Shown in pieces: positions 1-12,059 of a stretch of 64,000 nt of DNA. The DNA comes from Octopus vulgaris (Eukaryota), in assembly GCA_951406725.2 (NCBI GenBank), contig OX597822.1, positions 7,440,001 to 7,504,000 on the forward strand, written 5' to 3'. Position 1 is the stretch's first letter. Each line of letters starts with the position of its first letter. A program made the translations under genes and the position numbers. Under the pieces are notes generated by a model. That model saw only the letters and a program-made list of their open reading frames with translations, did no database searches and was not told the origin of the DNA.

Positions 1-400
1 TGGGAATCCAGTAATTCTCCATCTACTGATTTTACATTAAATACGAAATTTGAAATGCACTTTTCTTACAAGTTGTTGGCTATGGCATTCACCATATTGT
101 ATATATTTCCTAAATATAGAAAATTGTGTGTTGTAGGGAAACTATTGGATTGATAACTAGAAAGGAAAGATTTCTGGAGGTGTGAAATCGAAATGTAAAA
201 AGTTTCACTAGAAACAAAACTAGATCTTTAGGACTCGTCTGGCACACAAACGTATCGTAAATTTGCAAATCCTTTTAAATAAGTCCGTATGGCGAATCTT
301 ATTGTTTTTCAAACGATTACAAATGAAAGGATTGACTTGAAACAGTAATATTGGATACACATCAATTTTACTATGTTAAAATTGTTTACATCATACCTTT

Positions 401-690
401 TGTCTTTTACCTGTTTTAGTCAAAACACTGTGGCCATGCTGGGGCACTACATTGAAGAATTTTAAGTCCAACAAATCGACTGCAGTACTTAATTAGTTTT
501 ACTAATCGAGATACTTCTACCTTTCCCTTTGCTGAAATACTAAGTTACAAGGACCAGAAGCACTACCATCGGTTACCAGGCTGTGGTGGGGTATACACAC
601 AGACATAGACACAGAGAGGGACAAACACACACCCGAACACATACACACACACACGCACAATGTATGCGATGGTTTTTTGTAACCAGTGTC
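401..690 (-). mobile_element. Degenerate partial copy of tRNA-derived SINE family A
   Basis: Resembles the 3' part of the better copies at 40282-40737 and 58010-58420 (tggccatgctggggcac...aaatcgac...ccatcggtt), followed by a CA tract. Confidence 0.65.
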
Positions 691-835
691 GAAATTTACA
701 ATGTTGCAAATGATAATAATATTTTATAAGCTTAAAGTTTAATTAATGACTAAAGAAAATAGTCTAATATTGAGGTCTATAGTAGACAAGATTCTTTAGT
801 CACTACACGGTGACCGCTAATAAGCTTTAAGCTTA

Positions 836-897
<62 letters not shown>

Positions 898-1134
898 ATG
901 TGTGTGTGTGTGTGTGTGTGTGCGTGTGTGTAAGAAGAGTGTACAATTGTCAGAAATCACAATTATAATGGAAAGGGATGTAAAAACCACTACATGTCTA
1001 GAAATAGCAGTCAAAACCGCTGCTTCAATAAGTAAAAGCAGATATATTCATAAATAATTGTTCACGATATATCCTTTGCAATGTATTTTTACAAGCTACT
1101 TATATACATATATACATACATACATGTATAAATA

Positions 1135-1233
<99 letters not shown>

Positions 1234-1360
1234 TGATTCTAGTTTCAGCTCATGAGCTGTCGGCATGCTGGGGCACCGCCATTTTTAATTGGGGGGCCAC
1301 ATGAGCTCCCCAGCAAGAGAAACTAGAAAGTCATACTCAACCGACTATCTAGGATATGCG

Positions 1361-1411
<51 letters not shown>

Positions 1412-1426
1412 CGCATCTGTGTATAC

Positions 1427-1471
<45 letters not shown>

Positions 1472-1493
1472 TACATATATGTATATATATATT

Positions 1494-1549
<56 letters not shown>

Positions 1550-1560
1550 CATATATATAT

Positions 1561-1918
1561 AAGGAAAATAGGACAAGGTAGAAAATGATACAATGATTTT
1601 ATTATGAAACATATTTTAGTACCGGTTTCCTTTTTTTATACTTTTTCAACTAAGAGCGAGATAAGAAAAACTATGAAATTGGAGAAAAAAATTTGAGAGA
1701 AAATATTTTGTAGATATTTTCATAATCTTTGAAGAGGTAAATACTTCAATAGTTTTCAGACATCCTGTCTCTCTGTGTATTCTCTCTGGTATGGAGTTAG
1801 TATTAAATCTACCCTCAGCTACTCCTACTTAAACCATCAACTCTCTGTACACAAACTATTCATTGAAAGTTACTACTAACTACCAACCTACCAGGCATTC
1901 ACAAATGAATAGGGAGAC

Positions 1919-1953
<35 letters not shown>

Positions 1954-2190
1954 GAGGGAGAGAGAGAGAGAAAGAGAGAGAGAGACAGGTAGTCTGAAAA
2001 CTCTGGAAATATTTATCTATTCAAAGACTATGAAAATTGCTACAAGACATTTCACATATTTTTTTTCTCCAATTTACATGTCTGTCTTTATTTACTCTTA
2101 GGTGAAAAGTCTAGAAGTTTGAATCCGGTGCTAAAATATACTTGATGATATAATAAGTTTAGCATTTTCCACCTTTATCTTATTTTCCTT
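1561..2190. repeat. Degenerate ~210-bp inverted repeat (PLE terminal-repeat-like), arms ~1561-1775 and ~1980-2190
   Basis: aaggaaaataggacaaggtagaaaatg at 1561 is reverse-complementary to cattttccacctttatcttattttcctt at ~2163-2190; a third copy lies at ~3116-3215. Confidence 0.75.
1616..1653 (-). ncRNA. Minimal hammerhead ribozyme-like motif (U3:A8 core variant, stem II decayed)
   Basis: Minus strand: TTAG-TTGAAAA-(13 nt)-GAAA-CCGG-TA-CTAA; stem I TTAG/CTAA, palindromic stem III. Confidence 0.55.
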
Positions 2191-2229
2191 ATTCATATCA
2201 ACTCGTTTGTTACTGTTTTACCTTCTATA

Positions 2230-2306
<77 letters not shown>

Positions 2307-2402
2307 GAAGACGCATAGCTTAGTGGTTGGGTGTTGCATTACCGAGTCCATTGTTGTTCGGCAAGAGGTTTGCGAATTCTCATACATCGTCGTATGTGTA
2401 TA

Positions 2403-2473
<71 letters not shown>

Positions 2474-3160
2474 GACGGCCTATTTCACTTAGCATCAAAG
2501 AAACGCAGTTACAAAGCAATGCTTGGCCCGAGGTGTCCAATGAAAAATTTTATAGCCACATAAATTGAGAGCAGCTTTTATTTATAAATTAGTTGACCCC
2601 GAGTCGTCAAATATGACGGTTGAGTTTAGTATTTAGACATAAATAAGGTACGAACTAAATTACATAATAATCACAGACGCAATCATTCACATAATATTCC
2701 TTGTGCATGCACACACATACACACATATGCTCAAACTGAGTTGAAATGATGTTTGATTTTTCTTCCCAGCGTTGAACGTCCACCATCCCATTTCCATTGT
2801 ACACACACATATTCACGTACCCCCCTTTTGCACACAAACACATGTACTCACACAGAGTTGAAACGCTGATCATTTTCACCCCTTCCTTTCTCATTCATGT
2901 GTTGTGTCGGAGAAAAACAGAAGATCCACGAGGTGCTCTATGCCACTTCATTTTTCTGATAGCTACTAATTTCTCTCACCCTCTCTCAGTAAGTGATATC
3001 ATTCTCTCTACAACCGTCCTTCATTTTATTACTGTGCCCTTTCCTCTCCCTTCACTTATACTACTCTTTCTCCTACTGCGTGATTTTGGACAATTATATA
3101 TATATATACATAATAAGTCAAGGTAGAAAATGCTAAAATAATTTTATCATTTAAAATATT

Positions 3161-3198
3161 TCAGTACCGGTTTCAGTCATTGAGACTTTTTCAACTCT
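3161..3198 (-). ncRNA. Minimal hammerhead ribozyme-like motif (U3:A8 core variant)
   Basis: Minus strand: AG-TTGAAAA-AGTC tcaat GACT-GAAA-CCGG-TA-CT; stem II intact, stem I short. Confidence 0.6.
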
Positions 3199-3287
3199 AA
3201 GTATGGAAAACAATAAAATTTTGTTTCGTTTTTGGATTTGGTTTGCAAGATTCTTAATGTGAGTTTGTGTGTTGAAGCATATTCTGT

Positions 3288-3558
3288 TGTGTCTGGGGAG
3301 AGTAACACACTCACCGGTAAAAATTCCACTTATTTCCTATGTTTATCCTTCTAAAATTTTGGTTGCGTCTCGCAAACTTTTAATTATCAAGACTTTGGTC
3401 AAAACTATTGAAAATGTTAATTGTCAAGACTACTGAAAATGTTGCAAGACGCAACGAAAATTTTAAGAAAATAAAAATAAGAAATAAGTGGAAATTTTAC
3501 CGGTGAGTATGTTAAATTATAAGGTACAAAGAGAAAATAACTCTACCCAGACACAACA
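3288..3558. repeat. Degenerate inverted repeat, PLE terminal-repeat-like
   Basis: ctcaccggtaaaaattccacttatttc versus gaaataagtggaaattttaccggtgag; gttgtgtctggg versus cccagacacaac. Confidence 0.75.
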
Positions 3559-3707
3559 AATTAAAGTTTAGAAAAAATAAATGAAAAGTGTTCTAAAATA
3601 ATATTTGCATAATATTCAAATACAAGGGGCTTCTTCCTTGTTCCTGACTGTCTTTGTACCTCTTATCTAACTATTGTGGGCTCGGGGTCGTTGTGAATTC
3701 TTGGCAG

Positions 3708-3811
3708 AGAAGAAGAACAAGAGAAGAAGAAGAAGAAGAAGAAGAAGAAGAAGAAGAAGAAGAAGAAGAAGAAGAAGAAGAAGAAGAAGAAGAAGAAGAA
3801 GAAGAAGAAGA
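3708..3811 (+). repeat. (GAA)n microsatellite
   Basis: Direct reading. Confidence 0.95.
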
Positions 3812-3941
3812 TCATACAATTTATTAAATTACAATCAATACGATTGAAAGAAAATGATTTAGTAGTTATGTCTTCTCACATGGATATCCTTTACAGTGCA
3901 GTCACTTATATCATTCTTTTGCACATTTACGCACAGATGTT

Positions 3942-3998
<57 letters not shown>

Positions 3999-4093
3999 AT
4001 ACGAACTGAAGTAGTAAGGTACCGCACGAGTGGAAATATATGTGAAAGGACGTTTGAAAATTGTATTTTCAAACCTTCTTTCATATATATATG

Positions 4094-4171
<78 letters not shown>

Positions 4172-4559
4172 TGTATGTGTGTGTGTATGTATATATGTAT
4201 ATGAGTATATATGTATGTATGTACATATATACCCTAGCGGCCTTTCTGAATAACCTTAGAGATAGCCGCAGTCAAATGAGTGAAATCACGTATCAGATAT
4301 ATTTTGACCATGCTATTGCAATTAGAATAACGTGTAATTCTTTTTAATGCTTGTAAAACAGCTAGTCTCAGTAAAACCTGTGATGTATTATATATTATGT
4401 AAAATTGATTATGCAAAATTGGTTATTCAAAGAAAATCTAATTCAGATCTCAATGCTAGTAAGTTAAGGTATTCTGTATATTTATCACAACATATCATAG
4501 ATACAAATACGGTAATGATTGAAACACTATGCCATTCATTTTGCACTATTTCTCTCATA

Positions 4560-4862
4560 ATTAGCACGCCGAACGAAATGCTTAGCGGTACTTTGTCTGT
4601 CTTTACGTTCTGGCTTTAAATTCCGCCGAGGTTGACTTTGCCATTCATCTTTTCGGGGTAGATTAAATAAGTACCACTTACGCACCTGGATCGATATAAT
4701 CGACTTAATCCGTGTTTGTCCTTGTTTGTCCTCTCTGTGTTTAGCCCCTAGTGGGTATTAAAGAAATAAGTAATTCGTATGTCTTTATGTTCTGAGTTCA
4801 AATTCTGCCCAGGTCTACTTTGCCTTTCATCCTTTGGAGGTCGATAAATAAAGTACCAGTTT
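4560..4862 (+). mobile_element. tRNA-derived SINE family B with a partial second tandem unit
   Basis: ttagcacgccg..gaaatgcttagcggta...gactttgccattcatcttttcgggg; the body restarts after aaagaaataagta. Confidence 0.8.
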
Positions 4863-4864
4863 CT

Positions 4865-5458
4865 ATATTTGTGTGATCGCATGAAATGCTTATCTCCCAA
4901 CCTAAGAAATATCTTACCAACACATATCCGGCCGTTTATGGAGTAGGGAAGAGCGAGCGATAAGATCTTGCAGTGGCGTTTCCTTTTGTGGTTGCTCGGT
5001 CCTCCTGTATATACTATATGGTCCTTGAACTCGTTGGCCGCTACCGCCTCATTGTAAACGGGAGCCGTTGCGTCGAAAATATCTTTATTTGAAGTTCGAA
5101 ATCCGTTTACTGATATCATTAATTAGGTTTTTGAACTCTATGGGTGGGTGACAGGAGGCTGTGTTAATGCATGATAGCCTATTATTCGGTTTGCGGCAAG
5201 GTCTGTAGGTGCCACAGTCTAAATCGAGCGTGACATCTAAGAATTTCCCTGCGGTAGAGTTAGTCTCTATGGTGATTTCACGACCAAGGTTGTTGAGGGT
5301 GTGTATGATGTCTGTTCTAAACCTATCTGAGTTATGACCGTTATCGCCTCTGCAGAAGACTAAGGCATCTTCTGTATATAAGCAAAAGTAGACAGAGGAG
5401 AATTTATCACCCATGGTGTCTAGAATGTAAAACTCTATAAGGTCGCAAATATCAGAGA
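4865..5458 (-). mobile_element. Penelope-like element RT/thumb fragment (frameshifted)
   Basis: Translations DICDLIEFYIL, CLYTEDAL (cf. GLYRDDGL), FLDVTLDL..GTYRP.RKPNN, SCHPP, APVYNEA, VGKIFLRLGDKHF match PLE RT motifs. Confidence 0.85.
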
Positions 5459-5472
5459 ACAGTTATTGTTTA

Positions 5473-5527
5473 GAGAAACTGAAGATATGGCTGGTTCACT
5501 CTAGATATGAAACCAATGGTATTTCTC
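5473..5527 (+). ncRNA. Type I hammerhead ribozyme motif
   Basis: GAGAAA-CTGAAGA-(imperfect stem II)-GAAA-CCAATGG-TA-TTTCTC; 6-bp stem I, GUA cleavage triplet. Confidence 0.75.
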
Positions 5528-5560
5528 GAAAACTGTTACTTTGCACATACAAATATGTAT

Positions 5561-5616
<56 letters not shown>

Positions 5617-5654
5617 GTATGTATATATATATGTATGTATACACCTGTATATAT

Positions 5655-5886
5655 GTACCAAGTCCCGTTGCAGTTGTGCAATATTTCCAGGGTTTTGTAT
5701 TGTGTGGGAGACTTTTGTGTCATCTGCATAGTTAGCAAGGGTGGCCATCTTAGCAACTGAGATAATGTCTTAAAGGGCCACTATGAACACCGCTTGTTAT
5801 TTCTGTTTCCTTGGAAGTGGCTCCATTGGCCACAACTGCCAGCCTTCTATCTTTTAGGAAGTTGTGCAACCACTCTCCAAGTTGAG
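5655..5886 (-). mobile_element. CR1-like LINE reverse transcriptase fragment
   Basis: WLHNFLKDRRLAVVANG...ITSGV...GPL and YADDTKVS...LQRDL. Confidence 0.85.
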
Positions 5887-7116
5887 TATATATATATATA
5901 TATATATATATGTAATAATGTACGTATGCGTAAGAGTTTATAGCCTTAGTCGCGCACACGTATTCACACACAGAGACTCATTTTAGTATAGGATCGTATA
6001 CTTTTTAAAGTGGAGGAATGTTTTAATCATTGAATGGTAATATACTGTTACATCGCATGTTAGAAATGCATTTGTTATTTCTCTGCCAGCTCTAAACAAA
6101 TTACAGAATTGAAATCTCAATTGATGTTCAGATCAAGGCGAATTACGTATAATATGAATATACATGTACTTAACTATTTTACTGTAAATTGTTGAAGCTA
6201 ACGCTATCAATAAATCCGTGCCATAAAGGAGATATCTTATTCACAAACGCATACGTTCGTGCTAAGTATTCGAAAGTACAACAAATCTATATGCATCTCA
6301 ATATCTATCTGTAGGCATGCCAGATTTTGTTTTACTGTATGCACACACAAAAACACACGCGGGCATACTCGTGCCTACATATCATATAATGATAAATAGA
6401 TGCAACACTAGAAATACAATATGTAAGGACTGCGAATAATAATATAAAAATGAATATAAATTAGGGAAAAAAAAAATAAATAAAAGATGAAGAGGAAGTT
6501 AACAATGTTTCTAATTACAGAAATATTTATCAGTTTAAAAATTGATATAAATGAATCAAACATCCAGACGCAAGATACGAAAATTACGTGTATATAAACA
6601 CATTATCGATATATAAATCATAATATAATTACATGTACGCATGCCAAGACAGTTATGTTATTTTGTGATAGACAGAGAAATATAAGCTGTGTACCTATAT
6701 ACAAACATATATACATACATATACACATACATACACACACACACACGCACGGAGACACATGTATATATGCTAATGTTTATATGCCGATTATATATAAAGA
6801 ACTTAATACCAGATTAATGCTTTTTATAGAGTATATACCTATTATGAAGGGGGATGGTAAGACGTCAATGTTTCCACCCCTTATCATTCTTCTGTGTGCT
6901 AGCAGGCCGATTCTTAACTTCATATCATTGCCACCGCTCATCACCCCCCCCCCCAACACACACATGTCTAAGAATATTAGTGTCTATAATAAAATCAGTG
7001 GCTTAGCATGCTTAATAAGTTAAAGTTAATAAGTTAAAAAGTTAAAGTTATCAATTGATAATTAAAGGTACATAGCAGTCAAAATGAGCAAACCACAAAT
7101 TTTCAGATAAACACAG

Positions 7117-7690
7117 GTGAAAGCGGGCAAATGGAAAAAAAAACCCAATGATGGAAATAATGGAAAATTGAAAATATCAGACACCAGTATTCCTATGATT
7201 TCGAAATTTGAGAAATATCCTTAGTTGAACCTCAGCGAGTCTTACTGGTACCAAGGATGTAAGGTTTGTTCACCTCAACCAATGCGTGCGGTGACCTCTT
7301 TTAATGCTGTGCAAATTTTAAAAAGGTGATCGAAATGAATAAAAATTATATAAACATACATTATATACAGTTTGGCAGAAGAGTCCGATAGAATAAGTAC
7401 TTGGCTTACAAAGAATAAGTCCCGGGGTCCGATTTGCTCGACTAAAGGCGATGCTCCAGCATGGCCGCAGTCAAATGACTGAAACAAGTAAAAAGAAAAA
7501 AAAAAAAGAAAAAAACATACATGAGGATATTATTGTTTATAATAATTTCAGGCTGACTGAAGATGAACTAAGAGCATTTCTCAGAGTTTGACATCACGAT
7601 CATACGGGTATGTCAGATATTTTCAATTTTCGATTATTTTCGTCAGTGGTACAGGGTCAAAGGGTTTTTATTCATTTTCCCGCATTCACC
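7117..7690. repeat. Degenerate inverted repeat (arms ~7117-7241 and ~7550-7690) with a decayed HHR core; SINE-A tail in the spacer
   Basis: gaaaattgaaaatatcagaca versus tgtcagatattttcaattttc; CTGAAGA at ~7557. Confidence 0.65.
7368..7500 (+). mobile_element. SINE family A, 3' portion
   Basis: gatagaataagtac...gactaaaggcgatgctccagcatggccgcagtcaaatgactgaaacaagtaaaa. Confidence 0.85.
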
Positions 7691-7902
7691 TTCGTGTTTA
7701 ATTGAAGACTTGTGGTTTGGTCGTTTTGGCTGTTATGTTAGCATGCCGGCACTGCCAGTTGGTACCCTTAATTATTAATTATATACACAAACATGTCCAA
7801 TTCCAATGCGTGGCAACTTCGGCAAGTGTCTTCTTCTGTAGCATCGAGCTGAACAAAGCCTTGTGCGTAGATATGACAAATGGAACTCAAAGAAGCATAC
7901 CG

Positions 7903-7933
<31 letters not shown>

Positions 7934-7934
7934 A

Positions 7935-8238
7935 AATACAAAATGGGACAAGGACGCAAAACATCCGGACAACTAGGTGATACAAAAAGGGACAACAAAA
8001 CATCCAGATAGACGATAAAAAAAGACGGGTCATTCGAAGCCTTTATCCTCATTCAAGAACCGGATCATCCTCACCATTTCGGCTGATTAATCTTGAAATT
8101 GCTCCAATCTGGCCAGCCCCAAGGAAAAACTAAGCTAAGAGCATTAGATTCCTTGGGAAAAAGCATCGGATGTATATGAAAACAAGGACGGAAAAACAGA
8201 AGATGTTACACGAATATAAATACAAAAAATACAATGCA

Positions 8239-8272
<34 letters not shown>

Positions 8273-8335
8273 GGACATAACAAAAGGCGTCTTTCGACTG
8301 GGGACGAATTGAATTCAGCTGGCGTGTGTGGGAAT
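7935..8335 (-). repeat. Unclassified dispersed repeat; related copy at ~17010-17297 (+), end fragment at ~15265-15295
   Basis: ccaaggaaaaactaagctaagagcattagattc here versus gaatctaatgctcttagcttagtttttccttgg at ~17169; shared end ttgtcccattttgtatt adjoining (TA)n. Confidence 0.75.
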
Positions 8336-9299
8336 GAAGCTCCCCCCACCGCTTGATGACTGATGTTAGTGTTTTTACGTCACTGTAACTTAGTGCTTCA
8401 GAATAAAGAACGATAGAATAAGTACTAGGCCTACAATGAATAAGTCCTGGGATCGATTTGTTCGTCTAAAGGCGGTGCTCCAGCATGGCTGCACTCAAGT
8501 GGCTGAAACCAATAAAAGAATAAAAGAACATATATATATATTTCAATTTCTATATTCGGTGAGTTCACCTGGGATTCCTCAAGGACAATGCAACCTTCAT
8601 ATATTCTAGATGTCTTCAGGCTGATTAGTAGCTGGCTGAGTACTCCTCGTTGAGTAATTATTATATCAAAGGATCTGCTTGCTAGGAGACCAATGTTGAC
8701 TGAAGTCGCCTTCATAGCGACTCAAGAAGCTAACCGTGATCTCTCTCTCTCTCTCTCTCTCTCTTTGTGTGTCTGTGTGTCTCTCTCTTTGTCTCTCTCA
8801 CACACACTCTCTTTCCATATATATATACATGCCTATAGCCATATCTCAACCTCCGTTGTTAATTGGTTCGAGGAGACATGATTTAAGTCGAATTATCTTG
8901 TCTCTAGGCTGGGCCTAGGCTGAATTAACTTGTCCCTAGGCTAAACCGATAATAATCAGTCCCAGTTCTGTACTTTATTTATTTATGCATTTTCAGTAAT
9001 ACATGTTTAATAGAAAGCGATTTTAAGATTACAAAGAAATATTTTTTTTATCTTTTAATACAGTGCAGTAAAAAACAAAGTAATCTAAATTTACGAATAC
9101 AATTTGGCGGTGTTTACCGTACATCAACGATTCTTTACTTATGAATGCAGTTTGTAGTAAGACATGGTAAAATACAAGGCTTTTCTCACCTTAAGTAACA
9201 AATTTAGTAATTATTATTATTTTGAAATAGTAAGAAAAAAACTAAGTTATTTTAAATTTACAAATACGTACATAAAAATTAGTGGTTTACATCGCGAAT

Positions 9300-10850
9300 G
9301 TAGATGTCTGTGGATCGTCAGCTTCAACAGCAGACTCTAGCTGTTCATGTTGTTCGATGCACTTAAAAAACCGGTTGGGAGTTCCTTGAACTGTCTTCTT
9401 GTTTTTATCAATGAGTACGTCATAAGGAGCAAAAGCTTCGTGACAAGCCACCATAACCTTGGAAAGCGTGAGGCTCTATCAAATCCTCATTCGTCAGCGG
9501 CTGCTGTTTTTTTTTTTATTTTCAAATAAATACGCGAAATCCTGCTCCTCCAAGTCCATTTGCACTTCTTTGCTCGTATTCACCAATGTTTTGTTGATGG
9601 CAATATTATCAAACCCCTTAAAATCATTCACGAATTGCGGGCAAAACTTCTTCCATATATCTTTCATAACCGTGCTCTGTACATCATCCCATGCCGCTGC
9701 TACGTTCTCTACTGCCTTGTAGATATCGTATCTCCTCCAAAAGTAGCGAAGTGTGACGGACCGATCAAGATCTGTTGCAGCTAGTGCTTGCCGCAGTGTA
9801 CGCTTCATATAGTAGAGCTTGAACATAGCAATCATTCCTTGATCCATTAGAAGCAGAAGAGACATGGAGTTCGGCGGGAGGTATATGATGGTTACGTTGG
9901 GGTCAAAATGTACGATGATTTGCAGATGACCAGGTGCATTATCTAAGATAAGTAACATCTTAAAAGGAATTCCCTTCTCATTACAGTACTTCTCTACTGC
10001 AGGGAAAAAATGATTGAAGAACCAATCTTCAAAAACAACATCAGTAACCCATACTTTTGTTTTAGCCATCCATATAACAGGGAGAGATATTTTGGATATG
10101 TTCTTCAAGGCACGGTGGTTCTTTGAATGATATACAAGCAAGGCATTCACTTAAAATCTCCTGCACAATTATCTTCCAGCAAAATGGTCACGCGTTCTTT
10201 TCAGACCTGGTAGTCTGGAATAGAATCCTCCTCCTTGGAGATAAATGAACGATCTGGCTATTTCCTCAATACAATCCAGTTTCGTTTACTTTAAAAATCT
10301 GTTCGCGAAGAAACCCGTTTTCTTCGATTATTTTCATTAAAGCATCAGGGAATTCCGCTCCTTCTTGTTCATTAGCTGATGCGCTTTCGCATTGTTTCTT
10401 AATGGAGTGATATTTTCTTCACTCTTTAAATCTCATGAACCATTCTTGACTTATCTTGAACTTCATATCTTTCTCATATTTGATATTTTTTCTTCAAGTT
10501 CTCAAACAAATACGCTTTCTCTTGAACGATTTCTTGACTAATATTAACACGCCAACGATTCAAACTAACAATCCAAAGAAAAAGAAGACTTTCTATTCCT
10601 TCAAAGATTTTGCCTCTTTTCTTATTGCGAACAGCTTTCTTTATCCCTGAGGGTTCAGGTTAGATATGTGCTAAACTGTTGTCCTTATTATGTACAATCG
10701 TCGATAGAGTTGTTCCACTCACCCCCAAAGGATCGTGCAATTGCTACCACTTTTTCATCTTTTTCATGACGTTTTATAATAGCCATTTTATCTTCCTACG
10801 TTATAGCATCACGCTTAGCACTTTCATTAAACATGTTCTTAGGAGCCATG
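9300..10850 (-). mobile_element. Decayed Tigger/pogo (CENP-B-like, DDE_1) transposase
   Basis: ORF 9494-10150 has LLILDNAPGH and YLPPN...MDQGMIAMFK; upstream IFKVNETGLY resembles the IFNxDETGL motif; stops and frameshifts present. Confidence 0.9.
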
Positions 10851-11382
10851 GGGGCGAAAGACAAAGTTACAAATAAATGAGAAAGAGAAAGTACCAGATA
10901 AACAGACGTAAACAAATCGGAATTCAAAACAATCATAGGAATCACGAGTGACAACGACGCCTAACGGTAGATAATGGAACTACAGTGCAATATGAGCTAC
11001 AAAAGAGTGACAAATAAGACAACACAACTGATTTCAGGATTTCGTTTACTAACCTACACTACTTTATCGTGTATAACTTAACATTTCCTGTAAATGTTAC
11101 CGATACACACAAACATGCCGACACACATATCAACACCACTTAGTTTTTTACTGATTTAATAAGATCTTATATGCTTTTATTCTTATTTATTGTAAAATAA
11201 CATGATTTAATGTGCTTTTAAAAATTTTCTAGTGATTTTACAAATCCGATATTTGTGACGGACAGGCAAAATGACTTAATTTGATTTATAGTTTTTCCAT
11301 ATGTTATTTTCGAAAACCGACGGATAATCAAAATAGACTTAAATCGAAATAACTTAAGTCGAGGTATGCATGTGATAGTATA

Positions 11383-11768
11383 AGCGTAGAAGTGGGTGTG
11401 TGGTAAGTAGCTTGCCTATCAACCACATGGTTCCGGGTTCAGTCTCACTGCGTGGCACCTTCGGCAAGTGTCTTCTACTATAGCCTAGGGCTGACCAAAG
11501 CCTTGTGAGGGGATTTGGTAGACGGAAGCTGAAAGAAATATATACATATATATATATGTCGGGTATATATATATGCGTGTGTATATGTCTGTGTGTGTAT
11601 GTGTCCACAACATCGCTTGACAACCAATGGTGGTGTGTTTACGTCCCCGTAATCTAGCGGTTCGGCAAAAGAGAACGATACAATAATTTTTGTGGTCGAT
11701 TTGCTCCACTAGAAACGGTTCTCCAGCATGGCCGCCGTCAAAATGACTGAAACAAGTAAAAGTATAAA
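11383..11768 (+). mobile_element. SINE family A, near full length, with internal (TA)/(TG) tract
   Basis: tRNA-like head (gtgtggtaag...gggttcagtc), CORE-like ccttcggcaagtg, tail tgactgaaacaagtaaaagt. Confidence 0.9.
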
Positions 11769-11789
11769 ATAATAATAATAATAATAATG

Positions 11790-11848
<59 letters not shown>

Positions 11849-11895
11849 CATAATAATAATAATAATAATAATAATCATTATTATTATTATTATTA

Positions 11896-11930
<35 letters not shown>

Positions 11931-11955
11931 GTTGTTGTTATCATTATTATTATTT
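11769..11955. repeat. (AAT)n immediately followed by (ATT)n
   Basis: Direct reading; switch near 11877. Confidence 0.95.
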
Positions 11956-11959
11956 ATAT

Positions 11960-12059
<100 letters not shown>

